Shown: piece by piece, positions 1 through 7,570 of the stretch
Numbering within the stretch: position 1 is the first letter of the stretch
Layout: every line of letters begins with the position of its first letter
From: Gelria sp.
GTDB lineage: Bacteria; Bacillota; Syntrophomonadia; Syntrophomonadales; Syntrophomonadaceae
NCBI GenBank assembly: GCA_012839665.1
Contig: DUMX01000083.1
Location: forward strand, 1-44,450
DNA length: 44,450 bases
Direction: 5' to 3'
Notes under the pieces: generated by a model
What the model saw: only the letters and a program-made list of their open reading frames with translations
Told to the model about the DNA's origin: nothing
Database searches by the model: none
Made by a program: the position numbers and the translations under genes

Positions 1-130
1 CAGACATACGTCTGCCCCTACAAAACCTACATAAATCCGCATCCTTAAAAATTTAAAAAATCAGTGTTAATCATAAATAATCAGCGTCCTTCAGTGTCTA
101 ATCCCCGTCTATTTTCTTATTAACCCCCCA
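1..130 (-). repeat. Copy A of a short dispersed intergenic repeat family, with AATCAG(C/T)G-type sub-repeats
   Basis: 95-117 GTGTCTAATCCCCGTCTATTTTCT is near-identical to 4822-4846 GCGTCTATTCCCCCGTCTATTTTCT. In reverse complement it also matches 24408-24422. The region holds no ORF of 60 aa or more. The left end is cut by the window edge. Confidence 0.5.
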
Positions 131-254
131 AGGGCAAAGGTCGCAACCATTGATGAAAATTCTGTTTGCTTTCAACACTGGCGAAGAATCGATTCTGCTT
201 TCGTAGTCGCATATTAAAACATTTTTACAATAACTCGTTTACTATAACTTGGAC

Positions 255-283
255 TTGACACCACTACGTAATGGTGGTAGCAT
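255..283 (+). promoter_or_regulatory. Candidate sigma-A promoter with a MerR-style operator dyad in the spacer
   Basis: TTGACA (255-260), 17 nt, then TAGCAT (278-283). The spacer holds an imperfect inverted repeat ACCAC-N9-GTGGT (260-278), which is where MerR-family operators normally lie. It sits about 40 nt upstream of the merR-like start. Confidence 0.45.
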
Positions 284-319
284 TAATTTACATACACCAA
301 ATAAAGGAATGAATTGCCA

Positions 320-859
320 ATGTCTGAAAAATATCGTATCAGTGAACTGGCGCAAAAGGCTGGGGTTACAAACCGAACCGTGCACTACTATGTTGGACGA
401 GGACTGTTACCACCGCCGGATGGGGCCGGGGTAGGAACTACTTATCGGAAAGAACATCTACTTAGGCTGCGCTTAATCAAAAAATTACAGGAACAGTATC
501 TCCCTTTAGAAAAAATCAAAGAAATTACTAGCGGAATGAAAATGGAAGAAATAGAGCAGGCTCTGGAAGGCGGAGGGGCGCAAGAAATGGCACGGCCTAA
601 AGAAATTGCTCTTGATTCTGATGTCATAGAAAAAATTATGTACTCCGAAACGAAGGAGAGAACCGGTGCCGATTACCCATTGTTTACGACAGTGGACGAC
701 TATCGACTCGGGGGGGATGAAGCCCGGGGAAATGTTTATGTTCGCGCTGTACTTGGAGCAGGCATAGAACTTCATGTTCCTGCAGAGCTGTTTCATGAAC
801 AGCCCGACCTGATTGCTAAAGTAAGGAAATATACCATGAAATTGATAAAAGGGAAATAA
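320..859 (+). CDS. MerR-family transcriptional regulator
   Basis: The N-terminus YRISELAQKAGVTNRTVHYYVGRGLLPPP is a MerR-type winged HTH. I prefer the ATG at 320 over the TTG at 314. The stop lies 12 nt before the next gene. The C-terminal ~100 aa has no family I recognise. Confidence 0.85.
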   Translation: MSEKYRISELAQKAGVTNRTVHYYVGRGLLPPPDGAGVGTTYRKEHLLRLRLIKKLQEQYLPLEKIKEITSGMKMEEIEQALEGGGAQEMARPKEIALDSDVIEKIMYSETKERTGADYPLFTTVDDYRLGGDEARGNVYVRAVLGAGIELHVPAELFHEQPDLIAKVRKYTMKLIKGK

Positions 860-871
860 GGAGGAAGCCTG

Positions 872-3172
872 ATGGAATACGGATTAATAAACCGGAAAAA
901 CCAAAAATCTATGGTCCTGAAAGCAGTAGATATCAGTGGTGACCTGGCGGGAAATGCTCTGTGGGTAAAAATAAGGCAGCATTACCATAACGATAGCGGT
1001 GAAAATGCAGAATTTATCTATACCTTTCCCATGCCTGAAAACGCAGCTGTTTGTGATTTTATCGCCACCATCGGCGAAAAAGTTATTACTACCGAGATCA
1101 AGGAAAAAGAGGAGGCTTTTGCTGCTTATGATGAGGCTATCCGGCAGGGAGATAGCGCCTTTTTGCTGGAGAGCATGCGGGTCAATGTATTTCAGATCTC
1201 CCTGGGTCAGATTGATGTCGGAGAAGACGTAAAGATTGAGATTAATTATTTTCAGGAGATTACAACCAGTGATACTGAAATGCGTCTCCTCATTCCAACA
1301 TTGGTCGGAGCGCGTTATATTCCCGGCAATGTTTCCGGGGAAAAAATTGGCCCCGGAGAAGCTCGCCCCACTGACCGGGTACCGGATGCAGATTTTATCA
1401 CCCCTCCCAGAGGGAATACCGATTACCGGGCTTCATTGCAGATGAACATTAAAACTTTGAGCCCCTTTATCAGCATCGACTCCCCGTCGCACCGCATTCA
1501 GGTTGAGCAAAGCGATCCTACCACGGCAGCCGTTTCCCTGGAAGGAGGGACTACCCGCATGAATCGGGATTTTATCTTGTCCCTGAAACTGTCTGATGAA
1601 CCGCTGCCGCGTATTCTCTACAGCCAAAACGACCGCAGCGAATACTATGCGCTGGCCAGTTACACGCCGGAATTTCCTCCAATCGATAGAAAACAGGCCG
1701 GGGAATACATATTCCTGATAGATATCTCCGGGTCTATGGCAGGAGAAAAACTGGAGCAGGCGGCCCAGGCTATGAAAATCTGTCTGCGCAACCTGGGGAC
1801 AAATGATTTGTTTAACCTGGTGGCATTTGAAAGCGGACTGCACCCCTTCTCCCCTGGGAGTCTGCCCTTTAACCAGAAGAATCTGGATTCGGCAACCAGA
1901 TGGGTAAGTCGGCTAAGATCCATGGGAGGAACAGAAATCCTTCCTGCAGTCAAGTTTGCGCTTAATAAAGAAACACCGGGATACGAAAAAATCATCCTCC
2001 TTTTTACCGATGGCCAGGTAGGAAACGAAAACGAAATCATCAAATATACAAAGGCGCGCAATAAAAACCTGCGTTTATTCAGTATCGGCATCGATACTAC
2101 GGTAAATGATTTCTTTATTAACCGCATTGCCGAAGCCGGAAACGGCTATGCTGAATTTGTCTATCCGGGAGAAAATCTCGAAGATAAAGTTATCAGACAT
2201 TTTTCCCGTATTCATGCCAGCTATATGGAAAATATCACTATCCAGATGGAGGGCCTTTCCCTGGAGCCGGGCGGTAAAATCCCCAACCGCTTGTATGATA
2301 TGGAACCCTTTACCCAGGTATTTAAAATGAACAGTCAGCCTCAAGATAAAATGATTATCAAAGGCTATAGTGGCACCCAGGAAATCGTATTGGAGATAGA
2401 TGAGATACTGGAAACTCCAAATGCCGAGGCTTTGGAAAAATTATGGGCTAAACGCAAAATTACCGAACTGGAAACTTATTTGCAATCGGGAAACCCCAGG
2501 CGGGCTAAAACCATCGAAGCAGATATAATTGAACTCTCCCAAAAACATCACCTGCTCTCATCATTGACCTCATTCGTGGGGGTATACCAGCGGGAAAATA
2601 AATTATCCGGATTGCCGGAGCTAATAGTAATACCGGTTGACATTCCTTATGGTTGGGATATGTTTGCAATAGACAGCGTAAGTTATGATTGCATTACTGT
2701 AAATGAATGCTTATCATCCACTATCAGTGGAGCCCTGTTATCCCCAACAAGAAGTACTAGTAGGGCCAGGTTCAAAGCGAAAAGGATGTACAGGCAGGAT
2801 TCTGTGGATATCGCGGATACCCCGCAACTGGATGCAGATATCCAGGAAAGCAAGGTAAAACAGCTGGCCGCTGGCCAGAATGCGGACGGTTCGTTTGGCA
2901 GCATTACCGGGGAAAGACCTGCAATTATTGAGGAAACTGTGCAGGCCATTATTTATATTCTAGAAAGCGCCGGCAGTATCAACCTCTTCAGGAACCAGCT
3001 GCTAAAGGCATTTAGGTTCTTAATGACCCAGGAGGAGACGATAAGAGAGGATAAGGATTTACTGGGGTTGGTCAATCAGGTACTCCAGATGTCCCGAATC
3101 GATAGAATCATTTGCATAGGAGAACAGGATGTAAAGGATTTTGTAGACAGAATAAAAGCAGAGCTTTCCTAA
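872..3172 (+). CDS. VIT domain plus von Willebrand factor A (vWA) domain protein, with no signal peptide
   Basis: GGAGG RBS at 860-864. VIT-like N-terminus (FPMPENAAVCDF...IGEKVITTEIKEKEEAFAAYDEA...GDSAFLLE). vWA MIDAS motif D-I-S-G-S at nt 1721-1735. QNADGSFG motif near the C-terminus. No hydrophobic N-terminal segment. Confidence 0.85.
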   Translation: MEYGLINRKNQKSMVLKAVDISGDLAGNALWVKIRQHYHNDSGENAEFIYTFPMPENAAVCDFIATIGEKVITTEIKEKEEAFAAYDEAIRQGDSAFLLESMRVNVFQISLGQIDVGEDVKIEINYFQEITTSDTEMRLLIPTLVGARYIPGNVSGEKIGPGEARPTDRVPDADFITPPRGNTDYRASLQMNIKTLSPFISIDSPSHRIQVEQSDPTTAAVSLEGGTTRMNRDFILSLKLSDEPLPRILYSQNDRSEYYALASYTPEFPPIDRKQAGEYIFLIDISGSMAGEKLEQAAQAMKICLRNLGTNDLFNLVAFESGLHPFSPGSLPFNQKNLDSATRWVSRLRSMGGTEILPAVKFALNKETPGYEKIILLFTDGQVGNENEIIKYTKARNKNLRLFSIGIDTTVNDFFINRIAEAGNGYAEFVYPGENLEDKVIRHFSRIHASYMENITIQMEGLSLEPGGKIPNRLYDMEPFTQVFKMNSQPQDKMIIKGYSGTQEIVLEIDEILETPNAEALEKLWAKRKITELETYLQSGNPRRAKTIEADIIELSQKHHLLSSLTSFVGVYQRENKLSGLPELIVIPVDIPYGWDMFAIDSVSYDCITVNECLSSTISGALLSPTRSTSRARFKAKRMYRQDSVDIADTPQLDADIQESKVKQLAAGQNADGSFGSITGERPAIIEETVQAIIYILESAGSINLFRNQLLKAFRFLMTQEETIREDKDLLGLVNQVLQMSRIDRIICIGEQDVKDFVDRIKAELS

Positions 3173-3263
3173 ATTGCACAGTGACAAGGTCGTGTCACCA
3201 TAATATGTAATAATTAAAATCAAGGTGGACCGTGTTAGTGTAACTAAAAGGGGGGTGGTTAAC

Positions 3264-3431
3264 GTGGCCAGAAATAGTATTTCCGGGATTAGGAGTTTTT
3301 TGTATGCTCTGGCTAGATTTCTGGGAGATGTTGATGCTGTATCCAAGGGGAGTAAAGCTACCCAGAAGCGGATAGGCAGGAGAATAGCTGGCAGAGCTAC
3401 TGGAAGAGCATTAAGAAACCTGTTTAAATGA
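3264..3431 (+). CDS. Small (55-aa) arginine/lysine-rich hypothetical protein
   Basis: G-rich RBS AAAGGGGGGTGG (3247-3258) lies 5 nt before the GTG at 3264, in frame within the 3225..3431 ORF. The sequence is MARNSISGIRSFLYALARFLGDVDAVSKGSKATQKRIGRRIAGRATGRALRNLFK. I cannot name a family. Confidence 0.45.
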   Translation: MARNSISGIRSFLYALARFLGDVDAVSKGSKATQKRIGRRIAGRATGRALRNLFK

Positions 3432-3557
3432 TTTCATTTCTATAAGAGAAGGATAAATTAAAAAGGGGAATGCTCGAAACAAGGATAGTTTTAGTAATAA
3501 AGATGGTTGCCGATATTAGAATCTAAAGGTTCTATTACCCAAGAACGGAGGAAATTT

Positions 3558-4148
3558 ATGAAAAAAGTTGTAAGCTATGGCCTTATACTGGTATTTCTAG
3601 TTTCTGTAAGCGGATGTTTGTTCACAACCCCTCCAGACCAAGTGGTTGTGAGCTTTTTAGATGCAATGCTGGAAGGAGATTTTGAAAAGGCCGCTGAGTT
3701 TGTAAACCCTGATGAAGATAACAGTAAGGATATAGAAGAAATGTCTATAATTGAAGATGAGGAAGGAGAACGCCTCTTTCGGGCTATTCTGGACAAAACA
3801 AGTTACGAAATAGGAGAGAAGACAATTGACGGTAATAAGGCGACCGTTACGGCCAAAATTACGGCACCGGATCTGCTGCGAATTGTGAGCCAAACTATGA
3901 GTGAATTGATTCCGATGGCTTTTGCAATGGCCTTTTCCGAGGAAGAAGCTGATGATAAAATGGATGCCATGATTCAACAGTATTTTGAAAATGCTATTAG
4001 TGACCCCAATGCTCCTATGACAGTTTCTGATACCCAGATTAAACTTGAAAAAATAGATGGTACTTGGTTTGTTATTCCAGATGACGAGCTTATTAATGCT
4101 CTAACTGGGAATCTTGAAAAAGCCTTTGCCAGTTTAGAAGAGGAATAA
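3558..4148 (+). CDS. Putative lipoprotein (DUF4878/NTF2-like, tentative)
   Basis: GGAGG RBS then ATG at 3558. Signal peptide MKKVVSYGLILVFLVSVSGC carries a V-S-G-C lipobox. The mature part is acidic and begins VVVSFLDAMLEGDFEKAAEFV. Confidence 0.7.
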   Translation: MKKVVSYGLILVFLVSVSGCLFTTPPDQVVVSFLDAMLEGDFEKAAEFVNPDEDNSKDIEEMSIIEDEEGERLFRAILDKTSYEIGEKTIDGNKATVTAKITAPDLLRIVSQTMSELIPMAFAMAFSEEEADDKMDAMIQQYFENAISDPNAPMTVSDTQIKLEKIDGTWFVIPDDELINALTGNLEKAFASLEEE

Positions 4149-4175
4149 AACAAATTACTTTACAAATGGATAAGG

Positions 4176-4790
4176 CTACTTCTGTTCAATGCGCAAGAGG
4201 CGTAACTCGCGGTCATGTTCACGCTGTTTGCTCTCAACGTTATAAAGCATGTGGCGAAAGGACTCCTGACTGGCTTCGATTCTAGCCAGGGTGTTTTTAA
4301 TGCTGGCAAAGTAATCCAGGCTTACTTGTCTGGCATCAAATAAGGCCCGAATTTTTTCCGTTATTTCGGTTTCCAGGCGTACTTGATTGGTATCAATGTT
4401 ATTGACCTTAGAAGTTAGGACTGCCATGTCATTGGTAAGGGTACCAACTTTAGAATCCAAGCTGGCCACATTATCAGTAAGAGTATCGACCCTGGAATCT
4501 AGACTGGTCACATTATCGGTAAGAGTACCAACTTTGGAAGTTAAGTCAGTCATATTATTAGTAAGGGTTCCGATTCTAGAATCCAAGCTAGCTACATTAT
4601 CAGTAAGAGTATTGAATCTAGAATCCAAGCTGGCCACATTATCAGTAAGAGTATCGACCCTGGAATCTAAGTTCGCCATATTATCGGTAAGGGTACCAAC
4701 TTTAGAATCTAGACTGGTTACATTATCGGCAAGGGTATCCAGCAGTTCAAGTTTTTTGAGCACCAGCTCTTGGAATTTCGCGTTGTCCAT
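4176..4790 (-). CDS. Coiled-coil protein made of 14-aa tandem repeats
   Basis: GGGGGAG RBS lies 7 nt upstream of the ATG on the minus strand. About 8 units of L-D-S-[RK]-V-[DG]-T-L-T-D-N-[VM]-[AT]-[SN] are followed by a non-repetitive 70-aa C-terminus. The plus-strand mirror ORF lacks an RBS. Confidence 0.7.
   Translation of the reverse strand: MDNAKFQELVLKKLELLDTLADNVTSLDSKVGTLTDNMANLDSRVDTLTDNVASLDSRFNTLTDNVASLDSRIGTLTNNMTDLTSKVGTLTDNVTSLDSRVDTLTDNVASLDSKVGTLTNDMAVLTSKVNNIDTNQVRLETEITEKIRALFDARQVSLDYFASIKNTLARIEASQESFRHMLYNVESKQREHDRELRLLRIEQK
4405..4745 (-). repeat. In-frame 42-bp tandem repeat array (about 8 units) inside the coiled-coil CDS
   Basis: The period is 42 bp. An exact duplicate of about 51 bp occurs at 4451-4501 and 4619-4669, 168 bp (4 units) apart. 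Confidence 0.85.
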
Positions 4791-4821
4791 AGTTATACTC
4801 CCCCATGGTTTTTTTATAACT

Positions 4822-4846
4822 GCGTCTATTCCCCCGTCTATTTTCT
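4822..4846 (-). repeat. Copy B of the dispersed intergenic repeat family
   Basis: GCGTCTATTCCCCCGTCTATTTTCT matches 95-117. Its reverse complement ACGGGGGAATAGACGC matches 24408-24422. It lies in the promoter region of the coiled-coil gene. Confidence 0.5.
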
Positions 4847-5206
4847 AATTACCTGCTTAAACTTTACAGTATTTTAACTTCTGCCTCGTAATTAGAATTC
4901 CTTTAAATTAAATAATTTTGTTGGAAAAGGAGAATGTTGTCAGGAAAAAGTGGTACCGGGCGTGAAAAATTAAATAGAGTCAATATTTAGCTAAATAACC
5001 TCAAAAATTGCAGGAAATAAGGGCATTGGGCGCGAAATATAAAAGGATATTACTTGCTAATGTTTGGGGAAAATTACTATATAGAGGAAATGGCCGACAA
5101 GGCTGTAAACACGGGAGCAGTACACTATTTCGTAAACCTGTGTTTATTTTTCTAAAAAGCTTTTGTTTTTAGTTATAGCACAAATCATCGGGAGGGTACA
5201 TAAACA

Positions 5207-7570
5207 GTGGCCATAAAAAAGAGTGACCTGTACAGCAAACTGTGGCAGAGCTGTGATGAACTAAGGGGAGGTATGGATGCATCCCAGTATAAGGACTATG
5301 TTTTAGTATTGTTATTTGTCAAATATGTAACTGACAAATACTATGGTAAGCCGGACTCATTGCTGATAGTGCCTGCAGGCGGCAGCTTTCACGATATGGT
5401 GAAGCTTAAGGGTAATAGTAAGATTGGCGATGAGATGAATAAAATAATACATAAATTAGCTCAAGAAAATCAGTTGGATGGGGTTATAACCGTAGCTGAT
5501 TTTAATGACGACGACAAATTGGGACGGGGAAAGGAAAAAGTAGACCGACTGACCAATTTAGTGTCTATTTTTGAATCCGATAGCCTGGATATGAGTAAAA
5601 ACAGTGCTGATGGTGATGACCTGCTCGGTGATGCTTACGAGTATTTGATGCGTAACTTTGCCACCGAATCGGGAAAATCCAAAGGACAATTCTATACACC
5701 GGCGGAAGTATCTCGCGTAATGGCGAAGGTAATCGGGGTGGAAAAATCAAAAAGCCGGGGCGATACCATTTATGACCCCACCTGTGGGAGCGGTTCTCTG
5801 CTGCTTAAGGCAGCAGATGAGGCGCCTTTTGGGCTTACTATTTATGGCCAGGAAAAAGATAATGCTACCCGAGCCCTGGCCAAGATGAACATGATTTTGC
5901 ATGGGAATGAAATAGCAGATATCAGGCAGGGCGACACCTTGTCATCACCTGAATTTCTTAAAAAGGAGGGTGGTTTAGAAACCTTTGACTATGCAGTGGC
6001 TAATCCACCTTTTTCAACTAAATCCTGGAGGAACGGACTGGACCCTGAAAATGATGAATATGGGCGTTTCCAGGGCTTTGGCATTCCACCGGCTAAAAAT
6101 GGGGATTATGCCTTTTTACTGCATTTTATTCGTTCCTTAAGGAGCCACCAAGGCAAAGGGGCCATAATCCTTCCTCATGGGGTACTGTTTCGGGGAAATG
6201 TAGAAGCTCAAATCCGTAAAAACATTATACAACGAGGACTTATCAAAGGGATAATTGGACTGCCGCCTAACCTGTTTTATGGCACCGGCATACCGGCATC
6301 AATAATTGTAATCGATAAAGAGGATGCCCATAAACGAAAGGGCATATTTATGATAGATGCCAGCCGTGGATTTATAAAAGATGGCAACAAAAACCGCCTG
6401 CGGGAGCGTGATATCCACAAGATAGTAGATGTATTTAAGGGTCAGCTGGAGATTGCTAAATACTCCCGCTTTGTAAACATAACGGAAATAGAAGCAAATG
6501 ACTATAATCTCAATATACCAAGATACATAGACACCCAGGAAAAAGAGGATATTCAGGATATTGGTGCTCATTTGAGGGGAGGAATCCCTGATCGGGATAT
6601 AGATGATTTAGAAAAATATTGGTCCGTATATCCAGGCTTGAAAAACCAACTATTCTTACCTGGTAACCGGGCTGGCTACAGCAAACTAAATGTCAAAACC
6701 GATGCTATAAAAACAACTATTTTCTCCCATCCGGATTTTATTAAATATTCTCAAGCAGTCGCAGAAAAAAACAACTATTGGAAAAATAAATATCTCCCTA
6801 TTCTAAAAAGTATAGATGCTGCTACCAAACCTAAGGAATTGATACACCAAATGTCGGAAGACTTGTTAGATACCTTTGCGGACAGCAAATTAATTGACAA
6901 ATATGACGTATATCAACATCTGATGGATTATTGGTTGGGGACTATGAGGGATGATGTTTATATGGTTTCTGAAAACGGGTGGGTAGCAAATGAAGAATTA
7001 ATACCGGATGATTTTATTATAAACCGATATTTTAGCTCGGGAAAACAGGCTCTGGAGGAGCTGGAGGTACAAAGAGATGAAATAACCGGATTAAAAGAAG
7101 AATTTGAGGAAGAACATTCCGGAGAAGACGGGGCATTAGAAGAAGTTAAAAATGATAGAGGGAATATAACCAAGACTAATTTGAACCAGCGCCTAAGAGA
7201 ACTAAAGGATGACCGGGATGCGGTGGAGGAGTTAGAGATTCTGGAAGAGTATCTGGAATTGATGGATAAGGAATCAAATGTAAGGCGGGAAATAAGGGAT
7301 GCCGAGAAAAAATTGCAAAAGAAAGTACAGGCCAAATACAAAGAGCTTTCTACGGAGGAAGTGCAGGAGATATTAGTAAATGACAAGTGGTTGGCGACTA
7401 TTACTGCTGCCATAAATACGGAAATGGAAAAAATCTCCCACCGGCTTACCACCAGGATTAAGGAATTATCCGAAAGATACGGAGATACCCTCTTTGAGAT
7501 AGAAGCAGAAGTAGAGGAATTAAGTAAAAAAGTAGAATCTCATTTGCAAAGGATGGGATTGGCGTGGTAG
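5207..7570 (+). CDS. hsdM: Type I restriction-modification system, DNA methyltransferase subunit M (long form, 787 aa)
   Basis: HsdM-type N-terminus (LYSKLWQSCDELRGGMDASQYKDYVLVLLF). AdoMet motif DPTCGSGSLL. Catalytic NPPF at about aa 266. GGGAGGG RBS before the GTG at 5207. The C-terminal ~260 aa is an extra charged coiled-coil region. Confidence 0.92.
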   Translation: MAIKKSDLYSKLWQSCDELRGGMDASQYKDYVLVLLFVKYVTDKYYGKPDSLLIVPAGGSFHDMVKLKGNSKIGDEMNKIIHKLAQENQLDGVITVADFNDDDKLGRGKEKVDRLTNLVSIFESDSLDMSKNSADGDDLLGDAYEYLMRNFATESGKSKGQFYTPAEVSRVMAKVIGVEKSKSRGDTIYDPTCGSGSLLLKAADEAPFGLTIYGQEKDNATRALAKMNMILHGNEIADIRQGDTLSSPEFLKKEGGLETFDYAVANPPFSTKSWRNGLDPENDEYGRFQGFGIPPAKNGDYAFLLHFIRSLRSHQGKGAIILPHGVLFRGNVEAQIRKNIIQRGLIKGIIGLPPNLFYGTGIPASIIVIDKEDAHKRKGIFMIDASRGFIKDGNKNRLRERDIHKIVDVFKGQLEIAKYSRFVNITEIEANDYNLNIPRYIDTQEKEDIQDIGAHLRGGIPDRDIDDLEKYWSVYPGLKNQLFLPGNRAGYSKLNVKTDAIKTTIFSHPDFIKYSQAVAEKNNYWKNKYLPILKSIDAATKPKELIHQMSEDLLDTFADSKLIDKYDVYQHLMDYWLGTMRDDVYMVSENGWVANEELIPDDFIINRYFSSGKQALEELEVQRDEITGLKEEFEEEHSGEDGALEEVKNDRGNITKTNLNQRLRELKDDRDAVEELEILEEYLELMDKESNVRREIRDAEKKLQKKVQAKYKELSTEEVQEILVNDKWLATITAAINTEMEKISHRLTTRIKELSERYGDTLFEIEAEVEELSKKVESHLQRMGLAW

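Noticed and set aside
249-434. 61-aa plus-strand ORF overlapping the merR-like start.
   Set aside because: It is out of frame with the clear MerR HTH reading frame, has no RBS, and starts inside the predicted promoter.
4405-4745. I considered whether the tandem repeats here and at 26691-27290 are CRISPR arrays.
   Set aside because: There are no unique spacers between the repeats. Both arrays are in frame inside long ORFs, with periods that are multiples of three (42 bp and 120 bp), and no cas genes are present.
4387-4848. Plus-strand 153-aa ORF mirroring the coiled-coil repeat gene.
   Set aside because: It is a repeat-driven antisense ORF with no RBS. The minus-strand ORF has a GGGGGAG RBS, heptad-compatible repeats and a sensible non-repetitive C-terminus.
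5090-5155. 21-aa ORF (MADKAVNTGAVHYFVNLCLFF) spanning the hairpin upstream of hsdM, considered as a possible leader peptide. I also considered the 18-aa ORF at about 4934.
   Set aside because: The AGAGGA box abuts the ATG with essentially no spacer. The peptides have no recognisable features, and I cannot test conservation.
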